64,000 bases of DNA from Bacteroidales bacterium. Its GTDB lineage: Bacteria; Bacteroidota; Bacteroidia; Bacteroidales; VadinHA17. Within the stretch, counting starts at the first letter, position 1. Each line of letters begins with the position of its first letter. The stretch is taken from contig JALONR010000007.1 of assembly GCA_025454815.1 (NCBI GenBank), positions 2,445-66,444 on the forward strand, written 5' to 3'. Below the pieces are notes generated by a model that had not been told where the DNA came from, did no database searches, and was given only the letters and a program-made list of their open reading frames with translations. Of the stretch, positions 47,791 to 57,328 are shown in pieces. The position numbers and the translations under genes were made by a program.

Positions 47791-50508
47791 TTACTCCACA
47801 AAATCCGGGATGGATGACAGTCCCTCCTCAATGATATGAAGTGATGCCTTTTCGCGCTCCTCAGTCGGCGGAACGACAAGCCACTTTGGCCAGCTGTACC
47901 TGTTCATTGTGTTGGTGACCACCCCCCTGTGCCATACTGAGACTGCAATACCGTCAGACGGTGTTGTGATTATCTCGAAGTTATACCCTCCGTCATATGA
48001 TACAGCTCCGTCATTTACCGTCATCTGTGTGGGGTCAAAGAAATGGAGCATGGTCCATGGAAGCCTGATTGTTATCTTTCTGCCGTTCCAGGCAACAGCT
48101 GCCCTGTTCCCTTCCGTGAATCCCGTGGCATGTTCAACGGGAACCATCCCGATGTCATGGTAGGTGAATTCAAATCCGTCATTGGTCCATCTCATCACCT
48201 TCCAGGGGGCACCGTCAGTGTTTGTGCTCCTGAACTGCTGCTCCGGTTCAGTGAGATTGAACCGCACTGTAAGGCCGTTCATATCATATGCCTCTGTCAC
48301 GTGATGCAGTGCCGTGTCATCCTCAAGGGTGAATGTAAGCAAAAACTCTGCCCTGTTGCCTGCGGTAATGCCTCCGGGCAGGGTTGACTCTCCTGTATTG
48401 CCCCGGTAGGTGTCGAATGCCACCATGAATTCATCTGTCGGAACGAGATCGGCTGCAGTGTTTATGTCAAGATAGAGGAATCCTTCGTCATGTGTGGCCC
48501 TGACCGAGCTCAATGGCCCTGCAGGCTGATCCGTGATGTAAGGAACGAAATCAGGCCTCTCTTTCTGTTCGAATGCGAGCAGGCCGAAGCACTGCTCCGG
48601 TGATGTCTCATTGTGCCAGAGCTGCCGGGTAGGGATTGTCTCCCCGCCCGAACTGATGCCGTAAGCCTCCTGGTAGAGTACTATCCATGTCCGCTTGAAC
48701 CATTCATCCATCCACGCAAACATAAACCCTCCGGCACACCCGGCGTCCAGCATGTTATTCATCATCCGCATGTTCTTTTCACCCTGTTGTATTTCAGAGT
48801 ATCCTCCATGGTGCATGGAGCTGTAAGACTGGTGGGCGCTGCCCCAGCTGGAGGGTACGCCGAACTCGGCTATCACCAGCGGCATATCCGAATAATGATT
48901 CTTCATTGCGGTGAGATAGCCAAGGTAACTGTTGGGTCCCTGGCTGTCACTGTATAACAGGTATGAAGGCTCCTGGCTGATGAAGTTCGGATAATACGGA
49001 TAGGCATGATAGCTTGCAAACAGCCCCGGACCTCCGTTGCGGGTTATCCTGGTGATATCAAATGACGCTACATCTTCGTCGGTGTAGATCTCGGTGGGGT
49101 GCTCCAGCGGGTCAAGGGTTGGCCAGCTTGAAAAGCTTACAGGCCTGCTGGATGAATACTCGTTTTCCTCAAATACAACCACCCTGTCGAGCATCTCGGT
49201 AACGAAAGCCTCCGAGGCACTCCGGCCGGTGATGCTGAATCGGGTACCGGAATAGGAAATGCTTCCGGGGTGGAACTTATTGGTAGTATCTATCTCCTGG
49301 GGAGCCACCTCCCGGCCAATGATATAACCTGCTGTCCATTGTGAGACATCGGTTTTGTAGATACCGTAGGATTTGCCGTACCTGAAGGCAATGTCGGCGT
49401 TCCCGTGGATACAGTCTATCACTTCTGCTATCTCCGAACTGAAGGCCTGCCGGCGCCTTATGAGATCATAACTTAAGGGATCCGTGCCGTCCTCCACCTC
49501 CTCGAGCCAAATACCCTGGAAGAGCAGAAGGGGCCTTCCGGGATGACGCTGGTTGTACTCGGCCAGCTTTTCATAGAAGACAGGGGGATGGAGGGTGTAT
49601 ACCCTGACGGTGTTGAATCCTGCTTCTGCCATCCGTCTGATCCATCTCTCATAAGTCTCAGCGGTGATTGCATATGCAATCTCGCCCGGAAAGTACCCCG
49701 GCGGTGATGAACCGAGATTGACACCCTTTAGTATCATCGGTTCATAATCATTTTCGATGAACCTGGCAATATAATTTCCGGCCACGGTAAAGGGCATCGG
49801 GTTGCTTGCCGTAAGCACGAAGTCAATTATCGTGTCAGCAGCAAGGGTAATGTCAGTGAGCCTGACGGGATAAAAGCCCCGGGCTGATACCTCTGCGGTT
49901 ACCGGAAAACGAAGCGAAGGCTCAGTAAGGGGTTCACCGGGCGGAAGCATCACCGGTTCCAGCCCGCTTCCGGAGGAGATCGATCCCTCTGAGGAAGCCT
50001 TGACCAGCCTGCCGCTGTAAGACCTTCCCCTGAAGGCGATGGCATAGATGTACAGCCCGGCACTCATCGGAGCATTATTCTGCCCGCAGCCGTCCCATAC
50101 AACATTGTAACTCCCCGCCGTTACATCCGGGAAAACCATTATCCTTACCTTCTCCCCGGCCAGGTTGTAAATGGTGAGCATCACATCTCCGGAAGTGTTG
50201 ATAATAAATGGAATATTTACGCTGTTGTCGAATGGATTGGGATATGGAGTGCCCGCCACGAAATCGCCTGCCACATCGCTGTAAGATCCAGTTATCTTGA
50301 CCGAGTATCTTCCGTCAGTACCTGTTGATACCCTGAACTCCCTGGAGTTCAGAAAGAAAGAGACTCCGGCATTCATTATGGGAGATCCTTCGCGGTCTGA
50401 TACGGTACCGGTAACCGTCACGTCACCGGCAAGGGCGGTAGCATTAAGGGCAAGTAAGATTACAGCGCTGATAAACAATTGTATACGTTGCCTGGCCATG
50501 CTGATCAT
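47791..50508 (-). CDS. secreted multidomain glycoside-hydrolase-like protein (clan GH-A TIM barrel) with CarboxypepD_reg-like and FlgD-Ig/T9SS-CTD-like domains near the N-terminus
   Basis: Signal peptide MISMARQRIQLFISAVILLALNATALA (start could be 50508, 50499 or 50556). The Ig-like block is YPNPFDNSVNIPFII...LTIYNLAGEKV...GLYIYAI. The TIM barrel shows ILKGVNLG, GYIIGREV and LVIAEFGVPSS. Confidence 0.75.
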   Translation of the reverse strand: MISMARQRIQLFISAVILLALNATALAGDVTVTGTVSDREGSPIMNAGVSFFLNSREFRVSTGTDGRYSVKITGSYSDVAGDFVAGTPYPNPFDNSVNIPFIINTSGDVMLTIYNLAGEKVRIMVFPDVTAGSYNVVWDGCGQNNAPMSAGLYIYAIAFRGRSYSGRLVKASSEGSISSGSGLEPVMLPPGEPLTEPSLRFPVTAEVSARGFYPVRLTDITLAADTIIDFVLTASNPMPFTVAGNYIARFIENDYEPMILKGVNLGSSPPGYFPGEIAYAITAETYERWIRRMAEAGFNTVRVYTLHPPVFYEKLAEYNQRHPGRPLLLFQGIWLEEVEDGTDPLSYDLIRRRQAFSSEIAEVIDCIHGNADIAFRYGKSYGIYKTDVSQWTAGYIIGREVAPQEIDTTNKFHPGSISYSGTRFSITGRSASEAFVTEMLDRVVVFEENEYSSSRPVSFSSWPTLDPLEHPTEIYTDEDVASFDITRITRNGGPGLFASYHAYPYYPNFISQEPSYLLYSDSQGPNSYLGYLTAMKNHYSDMPLVIAEFGVPSSWGSAHQSYSSMHHGGYSEIQQGEKNMRMMNNMLDAGCAGGFMFAWMDEWFKRTWIVLYQEAYGISSGGETIPTRQLWHNETSPEQCFGLLAFEQKERPDFVPYITDQPAGPLSSVRATHDEGFLYLDINTAADLVPTDEFMVAFDTYRGNTGESTLPGGITAGNRAEFLLTFTLEDDTALHHVTEAYDMNGLTVRFNLTEPEQQFRSTNTDGAPWKVMRWTNDGFEFTYHDIGMVPVEHATGFTEGNRAAVAWNGRKITIRLPWTMLHFFDPTQMTVNDGAVSYDGGYNFEIITTPSDGIAVSVWHRGVVTNTMNRYSWPKWLVVPPTEEREKASLHIIEEGLSSIPDFVE

Positions 50509-50656
50509 TCTGCAAAAAATATTGATGATGAATAGCTGTTTCCCCAAATGTAGCATAAACAGGTGTTAATTTCCCCGGAATTTTTCAACATAGGCGGGGG
50601 ATTTGTCTATATTGGAGGAAATCCATAAATTTATACTCTGCTGCCGGTTCACATAT

Positions 50657-51040
50657 ATGGAAAAAATAGACATCAAGGAGACCTCCAAAACCCCGTCGGT
50701 AAATTTTGATCCTGAGCGCGGATTGTTTGAAATGCGTGGCAAGTCAATACCCGAGAACTCAAACAGCTTCTATAGTCCGCTGCTTCAATATGTGGAAAAG
50801 TATGGCGGCAAGCCTGCCGAAAGAACCATTCTCAATGTGAGGTTCGAGTTTTTCAATACCAGTTCTTCAAACAGGATACACGCGCTTTTCAGACGTTTTG
50901 AAAGGATCTACCTAGCTGACAGTGACGTGCTTATCAGATGGTATTGCGAGAACGGCGACGATAACATGCGTGATGCCGGGAGGGACTTCAAGGCCATCCT
51001 GCAGGTCCCGTTTGAAATAGTCGAAGTTGATGAACTCTGA
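50657..51040 (+). CDS. DUF1987 / SiaC-like regulatory phosphoprotein
   Basis: Contains MEKIDIKETSKTPSVNFDPERGLFEMRGKSIPENS and FEFFNTSSS, which matches my memory of the DUF1987 family. 127 aa from the ATG at 50657. Confidence 0.75.
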   Translation: MEKIDIKETSKTPSVNFDPERGLFEMRGKSIPENSNSFYSPLLQYVEKYGGKPAERTILNVRFEFFNTSSSNRIHALFRRFERIYLADSDVLIRWYCENGDDNMRDAGRDFKAILQVPFEIVEVDEL

Positions 51041-51104
51041 ATTTGTCAACTGCCCGGCTCAAATGAAAATTTTCCCTATTTTTAGAATCTGAGACTATTA
51101 CCGG

Positions 51105-52337
51105 ATGGCACTCAACTATATCTGGATCGCATTTTTTCTGATAGGGTTCATCTTTGCCCTGACACAGCTTATCTTCAACGGTGACACCTCGGTATTCAAC
51201 CGGATAGTTGAGTCAACATTCACAAGCGCCAGAACCGGTTTTGAGATTTCACTCGGGCTGACTGGCGTCCTTACCCTCTGGATGGGACTGATGCGCGTGG
51301 GGGAGAAAGGTGGTGCTGTCAGGCTCCTTTCGAGGGCAATAGGACCCTTCTTCAGGAGACTATTCCCTCATCTGCCCTCCAACAGTCCTGCCCACGGCCC
51401 CATGATGCTCAACGTGGCTGCCAACATGCTTGGCCTCGATAACGCGGCCACCCCCATGGGCCTCAAGGCAATGAAGGAGATGCAGGAACACAACCCGGAC
51501 AAGGAGGTTGCTTCCGATCCGATGATAATGTTCCTGGTCCTGAACGCGTCTGGTCTCTGCCTGATTCCTGTTACGATCATGGTTTACAGGGCCCAGCTGG
51601 GTGCCGCAAATCCTGCCGATGTATTCATTCCTATCCTTATTTCGACATATATTGCCACACTTGCCGGTCTGATAAGCGTGGCAGTAGTACAGAAGATCAA
51701 CCTCCTCAACCGGGTTGTCCTTGCTTACCTTGGCGGACTGACCGCTATCATTGCAGGCATTGTATGGTATTTCAGTACCCTCCCCCAGGAGCAGATAAAC
51801 ACTATATCGACTTTCGCAGCCAACTTCATCCTCTTCGGCATAATAATCACCTTTATCGTTATGGCAATGGTGAAAAAGATCAATGTCTACGAGGCATTCA
51901 TTGAGGGGGCAAAGGACGGGTTCAAAACCGCAATCACAATCATTCCTTACCTGGTTGCCATACTTGTGGCCATTGGTGTATTCAGGGCCTCAGGGGCAAT
52001 GGATATGCTTGTTGACGGCATTACGGCTGTGGTTGCATGGACGGGGCTTGACACCTCATTTACCGAGGCGCTCCCCACGGCTCTCATGAAACCGCTGAGC
52101 GGCAGCGGATCCAGGGGTATGATGATTGACGCCATGACAATTCATGGCGCAGACTCATTCGTGGGCCGGCTGGCATGCTGTCTCCAGGGATCTACGGACA
52201 CTGTATTTTATGTACTCGCCGTTTACTTCGGTTCGGTGGGAGTGAAGAATTCAAGGTATGCAGTCATCTGCGGATTGTTTGCCGATATTGTCGGCAGCAT
52301 CGCTGCCATCTTCGTGGCTTACCTGTTCTTTGCATGA
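51105..52337 (+). CDS. nucleoside-recognition (Gate) domain membrane protein, fused SpmA/SpmB-like
   Basis: 410-aa polytopic membrane protein with the N-terminus MALNYIWIAFFLIGFIFAL typical of SpmA-like proteins. Confidence 0.7.
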   Translation: MALNYIWIAFFLIGFIFALTQLIFNGDTSVFNRIVESTFTSARTGFEISLGLTGVLTLWMGLMRVGEKGGAVRLLSRAIGPFFRRLFPHLPSNSPAHGPMMLNVAANMLGLDNAATPMGLKAMKEMQEHNPDKEVASDPMIMFLVLNASGLCLIPVTIMVYRAQLGAANPADVFIPILISTYIATLAGLISVAVVQKINLLNRVVLAYLGGLTAIIAGIVWYFSTLPQEQINTISTFAANFILFGIIITFIVMAMVKKINVYEAFIEGAKDGFKTAITIIPYLVAILVAIGVFRASGAMDMLVDGITAVVAWTGLDTSFTEALPTALMKPLSGSGSRGMMIDAMTIHGADSFVGRLACCLQGSTDTVFYVLAVYFGSVGVKNSRYAVICGLFADIVGSIAAIFVAYLFFA

Positions 52338-52499
52338 TAACCGCATCACCCTGCCAGGGTCCCTCCCTTCCCGGCTTTCTTCTCAAAGACTCGCTGATGG
52401 TTCATACTGAACTGCAGATGACCAGGAGGTGAATTATCTCTTTTTTCTTTAATGTGTGGTTTTTTCATCTTCCGGAAACAGATTCTCCGATCCAAGTTG

Positions 52500-52507
52500 T
52501 AATTTTG
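52500..52507 (+). promoter_or_regulatory. candidate -7 box TAATTTTG for yebC-like gene
   Basis: Matches TAnnTTTG, 70 nt upstream of the ATG at 52578. Confidence 0.4.
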
Positions 52508-52577
52508 CCCCGCCCCTGCATGAGTCACCAAATCCAGGTGACGGAGATGCCGGGAAACAAAACTTACCTTTATATAT

Positions 52578-53288
52578 ATGGGACGCGCATTTGAATATCG
52601 CAGGGCCTCGAAGGAAGCCAGATGGGACAAGATGTCAAAGCTTTTTCCAAAGCTTGCAAAGGCAATAACAATGGCTGCAAGAGAAGGGGGGACTGACCCG
52701 GAAATGAATCCCCGGCTTCGTACGGCCATCCTTAACGCCAAGGCACAGAACATGCCGAAGGATAATATAAAGGCAGCAATTGAACGAGCATCAGGGAAGG
52801 ATACTGCCGATTATGCCGAACTAACGTATGAGGGTAAAGGTCCTCACGGAGTGCTCGTTATGGTTGAAGCTGCAACTGACAACAACACCCGCACCGTTGC
52901 CAACGTTAGGGCGTGCTTCAATAAAAACGGCGGAACGGTTGTACCTACCGGCTCCCTTGAATTCATGTTCTCACGAAAGGCTGTGTTTGAGTTTGAACCC
53001 CCTGAAAACATCTCAAGGGATGACCTTGAACTTGAATTGATTGAAGCGGGACTTGAATCGCTCGAGGAGTATGATGATATCTGGTATGTTTATGGCGATT
53101 TCTCAACCTTCGGGGCGCTCTCCAGGGCTCTTGAGGATAAGGGCATAGAGGTCAGGAAGGCTTCTCTCAAGCGCATTCCGCTCAACCCGGTAAACCTCAG
53201 TGAGGATCAGATGGCTGATGTGGAGAAACTGGTTGACCGTCTTGAGGATGACGATGACATCCAGGCGGTTTATACCAACATTGCATAA
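52578..53288 (+). CDS. YebC/PmpR-family transcriptional regulator
   Basis: N-terminus [23 protein letters not shown], 236 aa, conserved throughout. Confidence 0.92.
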   Translation: MGRAFEYRRASKEARWDKMSKLFPKLAKAITMAAREGGTDPEMNPRLRTAILNAKAQNMPKDNIKAAIERASGKDTADYAELTYEGKGPHGVLVMVEAATDNNTRTVANVRACFNKNGGTVVPTGSLEFMFSRKAVFEFEPPENISRDDLELELIEAGLESLEEYDDIWYVYGDFSTFGALSRALEDKGIEVRKASLKRIPLNPVNLSEDQMADVEKLVDRLEDDDDIQAVYTNIA

Positions 53289-53292
53289 TGAT

Positions 53293-53994
53293 CTATTGCT
53301 GCAACCTTTTCCGCCGTTCCCTGTAATCAGGCATTATCCGGCCAAGCAGTTCATAATATTCCCTGCCATGATTGTGGTGGACAAGATGGCATAACTCGTG
53401 GATTATGACGTAGTCAATCAGCAAGGGGTCCTTCTTTATCAGTTCCCTGTTGAGCCAGATTGCCCCGCTGTTGTGACATGTGCCCCACCTCCGTTTCATT
53501 TTGCGGACATTTATCGCTGCGGGTGAGGGCAGCAACTTTGAATGCTCTGCGGCAAGCTGCCGGGTACGACTTGCCAGGTATGCCTTTGCCTCCCGGAGAT
53601 ACCACCCTTCTGTCATCCGGACAAGCTCCCCGGGGGTACTGCTGCTCCCCGGAGTCGTCAGAATGAGATTTCCTTCAGTATGTGAGGCGGTGCGGCGGCC
53701 CCCCCCTCTTACTGTAACGGTCAGCTCCCTGCCCATAAACGGTACCGTGGTGCCATGGCTGACCGCCAGCGGTTCTCCCGGCGGAGTTACATTCTTGAGG
53801 CGGTTAACCTGGCGCTCGATCCACCGTGATTTTTCTGCGGCAAAGTTCATCAACATCCTGACAGGCACATACCACGGTGCCCTGATCAGCAATGTCCCGC
53901 CCGGCCTCACGTAAAGCGCCACGGTCCTCCTTGCTGACCTTATTATGTCAACCTCAACCTCCCCGGTTGAGAGGGAGAGAGTTCTCCTACGCAT
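53293..53994 (-). CDS. DUF45 / YgjP-like (M48-type) metal-dependent hydrolase
   Basis: Contains WGTCH...IIHELCHLVHHNH (HExxH). Confidence 0.85.
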   Translation of the reverse strand: MRRRTLSLSTGEVEVDIIRSARRTVALYVRPGGTLLIRAPWYVPVRMLMNFAAEKSRWIERQVNRLKNVTPPGEPLAVSHGTTVPFMGRELTVTVRGGGRRTASHTEGNLILTTPGSSSTPGELVRMTEGWYLREAKAYLASRTRQLAAEHSKLLPSPAAINVRKMKRRWGTCHNSGAIWLNRELIKKDPLLIDYVIIHELCHLVHHNHGREYYELLGRIMPDYRERRKRLQQ

Positions 53995-54009
53995 GCTGCT
54001 GAAACCGGT

Positions 54010-55590
54010 TTATTGTTCCGCTGCCCTGGTGGGGAAATTTGGATGGGAAGCAACCCGGTAGCCTGTCAGGAATCCGGCCTTTGATACCTTGAGCAGCTTG
54101 GAGAAATCGATGAACTCATAGTCATCCGTCTGCTTGTGGTAATCCCTGTGCAGTCCTGTAAAGAAGAAAAGCGCCGGGACCTTCTTCCGGTAGAAAGGAT
54201 AGTGGTCAGACCCGGAGAAATGTGTTCCCTTGCCTTCGTCCATCGGGTAAACACCCGATTCCTTGCATGCCCGTGTGGCAAGTGTTACCAGTTCAGGACA
54301 ATCAGTACCGTGGATCACCTTGATTGTGTCCTGACCGGTGATATCTATTTCGCCGTTGAGTGATGCACCTTTGTCTGTATCGCGCCTTGATCTTCCTATC
54401 ATGTCAAAGTTTATTGCAGCAACAGTCCTGTCAAGGGGAAAGAGCGGGTTTTCTGTGTAATAGGTAGAGCCGTGAAGCCCTTCTTCCTCACCGGTTGTCC
54501 ACAGGAAGATTGCACTCCTGGCAGGTTTCTTCTCCAGTGCGGCAAAGGCTGCTGCAATGTTGAGCAATCCGACGCTGCCCGAAGCATTGTCATTGGCACC
54601 GTTGTAGATGTTACCGGCAGGGTCCTTCCCGACATGATCATAGTGAGCCGTGAAGATCACCGCTTCATTTTTCAGGTCGGAATCTGAACCTTCAAAATAA
54701 CCTATTATGTTGTTGCTGGTTACAGTGTCTTTAATCACATTGATTCTGACATTTGCCCTGAGGTCGGGAATGGTGAATGATGCCGGCCTGCGGGCTGATG
54801 CTATGCTGTCCTGAAGCTTCCTGAGTGTTGTTCCGGACCTGCTCAGCATCATGTCGGCAGTTTCGGTAGTGATGGCATAGGCGTTTATGTTGAAGCTGAA
54901 TACCTGTTTCCTGAAGAGTGGAACAAGCTGGTAAGATGAGCCCATGGAGAGCAGGTCAGAGGAGATGTCAGACCCGAGAGCAGGATCAGCCACGAAAAGA
55001 ACAGCTTTCGCCTGCTGAAGCATAATCATGGGCAGCTTCCGTGCCTCGGTCATCTCGCTGATGCCTGAACCGGCCTCCGGTATACCGCTTCCTTTTATCT
55101 CCGGGATCCTGGTCATGACAATGACAATTTTGTCCTTGACGCTCACCCCGGCAAAGTCGTTGTACTTTTCCGAGCTGTTCATGTAACCGTATCCGGCAAA
55201 TACTACCTCGCCAGTCAGGCTGACAGTGTCAGACGGAGGCATCAGGGGTATTATCCCGAGTGATCCAAGCGGGCAGGAAGAGCTGTCACTCAAAGAAAGC
55301 ACTGATTCACCGGGCACAAGAGAGACCTTCAAATACTCCAGAGACTGGAACAGATCATCATTGCCCGGAAGCGGAGCAAGACCAAGCCTCAGTGCCTCCT
55401 CCCTTATATATTCGGCTGCTGCGTCGTTACCGTCGCTACCTGTCCTCCTCCCTTCAAGTTCATCTGAGGACAGATATTTCATATGAACCTCCGAGTCCAT
55501 AAGGGTTATGGCTTTCAGGGCTTCCTTCTGTGAATAAACTGGTATGGCCGCCATCAGGGCGGCTAATACGATTACAGGCTTAAGTCTCAT
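54010..55590 (-). CDS. M28-family aminopeptidase with PA domain, secreted
   Basis: Signal peptide, plus FTAHYDHVG, GANDNASG and TTGEEEGLHGS motifs. Confidence 0.88.
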   Translation of the reverse strand: MRLKPVIVLAALMAAIPVYSQKEALKAITLMDSEVHMKYLSSDELEGRRTGSDGNDAAAEYIREEALRLGLAPLPGNDDLFQSLEYLKVSLVPGESVLSLSDSSSCPLGSLGIIPLMPPSDTVSLTGEVVFAGYGYMNSSEKYNDFAGVSVKDKIVIVMTRIPEIKGSGIPEAGSGISEMTEARKLPMIMLQQAKAVLFVADPALGSDISSDLLSMGSSYQLVPLFRKQVFSFNINAYAITTETADMMLSRSGTTLRKLQDSIASARRPASFTIPDLRANVRINVIKDTVTSNNIIGYFEGSDSDLKNEAVIFTAHYDHVGKDPAGNIYNGANDNASGSVGLLNIAAAFAALEKKPARSAIFLWTTGEEEGLHGSTYYTENPLFPLDRTVAAINFDMIGRSRRDTDKGASLNGEIDITGQDTIKVIHGTDCPELVTLATRACKESGVYPMDEGKGTHFSGSDHYPFYRKKVPALFFFTGLHRDYHKQTDDYEFIDFSKLLKVSKAGFLTGYRVASHPNFPTRAAEQ

Positions 55591-55633
55591 AAACTAAACA
55601 GTACTGTAAGAAAGAGTAAAGGTATAAAAATGA

Positions 55634-56827
55634 TCAATAGGTTGTTAAAGTAAGGATCACAATTTCCGGTGGCATGAAGAACCTTGCCGCCATGCCCATT
55701 GTCCCCAGGCCGGAGGTGACATACAGATGCCTGCCTTTGAACTCGTACAGACCCTTCCACCTTTCGTGAACCAGTGATGAAGGTGACCAGATTCCTCCGG
55801 GCAATCCGATCTGCAGGCCGTGCGTGTGGCCTCCAACAGTCAGATGGGGCAAACGGCCCGATACTGATGAAAGCAGCCATCCCTCAGGATCATGGAGGAG
55901 GAGTACGGTCAGGACAGAGTCCGGGAGGGGTGCGAGCACCTTCTCAAAATCACCGTAATTCATATCCAGGCGGTGACCAAGAGTATTCACTCCTGCGATG
56001 GCAATATCAGCACCCCGGTGATTGATGATCACGGCACTGTCGATAAGGAGAGTGTATCCTGATGCTTCGATCTTACTTTTCAGCCTTTCCCGGCAGAGGA
56101 TTCCGTAGTTCTCATCGTATCCCGGATAATAGGACCCGTCATCATGATTGCCCGGTACGGCAAATGACCCTGCCTCCCCGGCAGCCTTCAGAAGAATAGT
56201 GTCACATCTGCCGAACTCCTGCCAGCCGAAAGTTATAAAGTCACCTGTGTTCAGCACGAGGTCAGCCTTTTCATCGCCTACAGCCTGCATGGCCCTGTCA
56301 AGCCGCTCATAGCTTCCATGCCAGGAAGAGAGGTGAAGGTCGGAGACCAGAGCTATCTTCAGGCCGTTGAGCGCCGGATCAAGTCCCTGCACTTTTACCT
56401 CCTCCCTTACAAAACGGATTTCAAGTCTCTGGCGAAAATACCCGTCTGCAACGGCAAATACCGCGAGCAGGAAGATGATCAGGTTAAGCCGGCTTATCCA
56501 CCTGCTCTTTCTCTTCCTGAAATAAGCCATAAACCGGCCCAGAAGTGTCACTACAATGCATAACCCTGAGGCCGTTACCAGGAGAAAGGCTATTGTCCCC
56601 ATCTGTATCTGCCTGAATGCATTGGCAGGATCGGCAAACTCACCCCGGTAAAGCACTATCCTCAGGAAAAGGATAATGAATAGCACCGATACCGATGCTT
56701 TGACAAGGAGTACCACAAATCTGAGGATTCCTTTCTCCCCCCTGAGCTCCCTGAGCAGCAGAAACCAGAGAAACAGGTCAGCTATCAGCAGTATGAGATA
56801 AAACAACATTCTTTGACTTTGTGACAA
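55634..56827 (-). CDS. membrane-anchored metallophosphoesterase (YkuE-like)
   Basis: N-terminal TM helices followed by SDLHLS, TGDF, GNHD and GGHTHG motifs. Confidence 0.88.
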   Translation of the reverse strand: MSQSQRMLFYLILLIADLFLWFLLLRELRGEKGILRFVVLLVKASVSVLFIILFLRIVLYRGEFADPANAFRQIQMGTIAFLLVTASGLCIVVTLLGRFMAYFRKRKSRWISRLNLIIFLLAVFAVADGYFRQRLEIRFVREEVKVQGLDPALNGLKIALVSDLHLSSWHGSYERLDRAMQAVGDEKADLVLNTGDFITFGWQEFGRCDTILLKAAGEAGSFAVPGNHDDGSYYPGYDENYGILCRERLKSKIEASGYTLLIDSAVIINHRGADIAIAGVNTLGHRLDMNYGDFEKVLAPLPDSVLTVLLLHDPEGWLLSSVSGRLPHLTVGGHTHGLQIGLPGGIWSPSSLVHERWKGLYEFKGRHLYVTSGLGTMGMAARFFMPPEIVILTLTTY

Positions 56828-56885
56828 AAGTAATATTTAAGAGATAATCCGGTACAGAATTCTCTTTTTGATTTACTTTTGTTTA

Positions 56886-57311
56886 ATGGTAACTGTTGAA
56901 CTGGCAATTACAGGAGGCATTGAGCAGCCTCTTTCATATGTTGTTATTGCGGCCCGTTACAGTGACGGATGGCTTTTTGTGAAGCATCGAAGGAGGGGTG
57001 GTTATGAGCTGCCGGCCGGTCATCCCGGAGAGGGAGAGGGCAGCGTTGAGGCTGCAGTGAGGGAACTTACAGAGGAGACAGGTGCACTTGACTTCACACT
57101 GGAGCCGGTCACCTACTATTCAGTTGGTGCGGGCCGGGGAAGACAGTACGGAAGATTGTTCTATGCTGATATCGGGACTCTTGGCGAATTGACTGACACT
57201 GATGAGATTGAAGGTGTGAAAGTATTCCGCCGGTTACCCCGGAATCTCTCCCTGCCTGAGGTGATGTCATTCCTTTTCAGGGTGGCGAAGGAATACGCCA
57301 GGGGACTGTGA
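56886..57311 (+). CDS. NUDIX hydrolase
   Basis: Nudix box GHPGEGEGSVEAAVRELTEETG. The ATG at 56886 is preferred over the TTG at 56868. Confidence 0.85.
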   Translation: MVTVELAITGGIEQPLSYVVIAARYSDGWLFVKHRRRGGYELPAGHPGEGEGSVEAAVRELTEETGALDFTLEPVTYYSVGAGRGRQYGRLFYADIGTLGELTDTDEIEGVKVFRRLPRNLSLPEVMSFLFRVAKEYARGL

Positions 57312-57328
57312 TTCTGCTGCCTGCTGCC

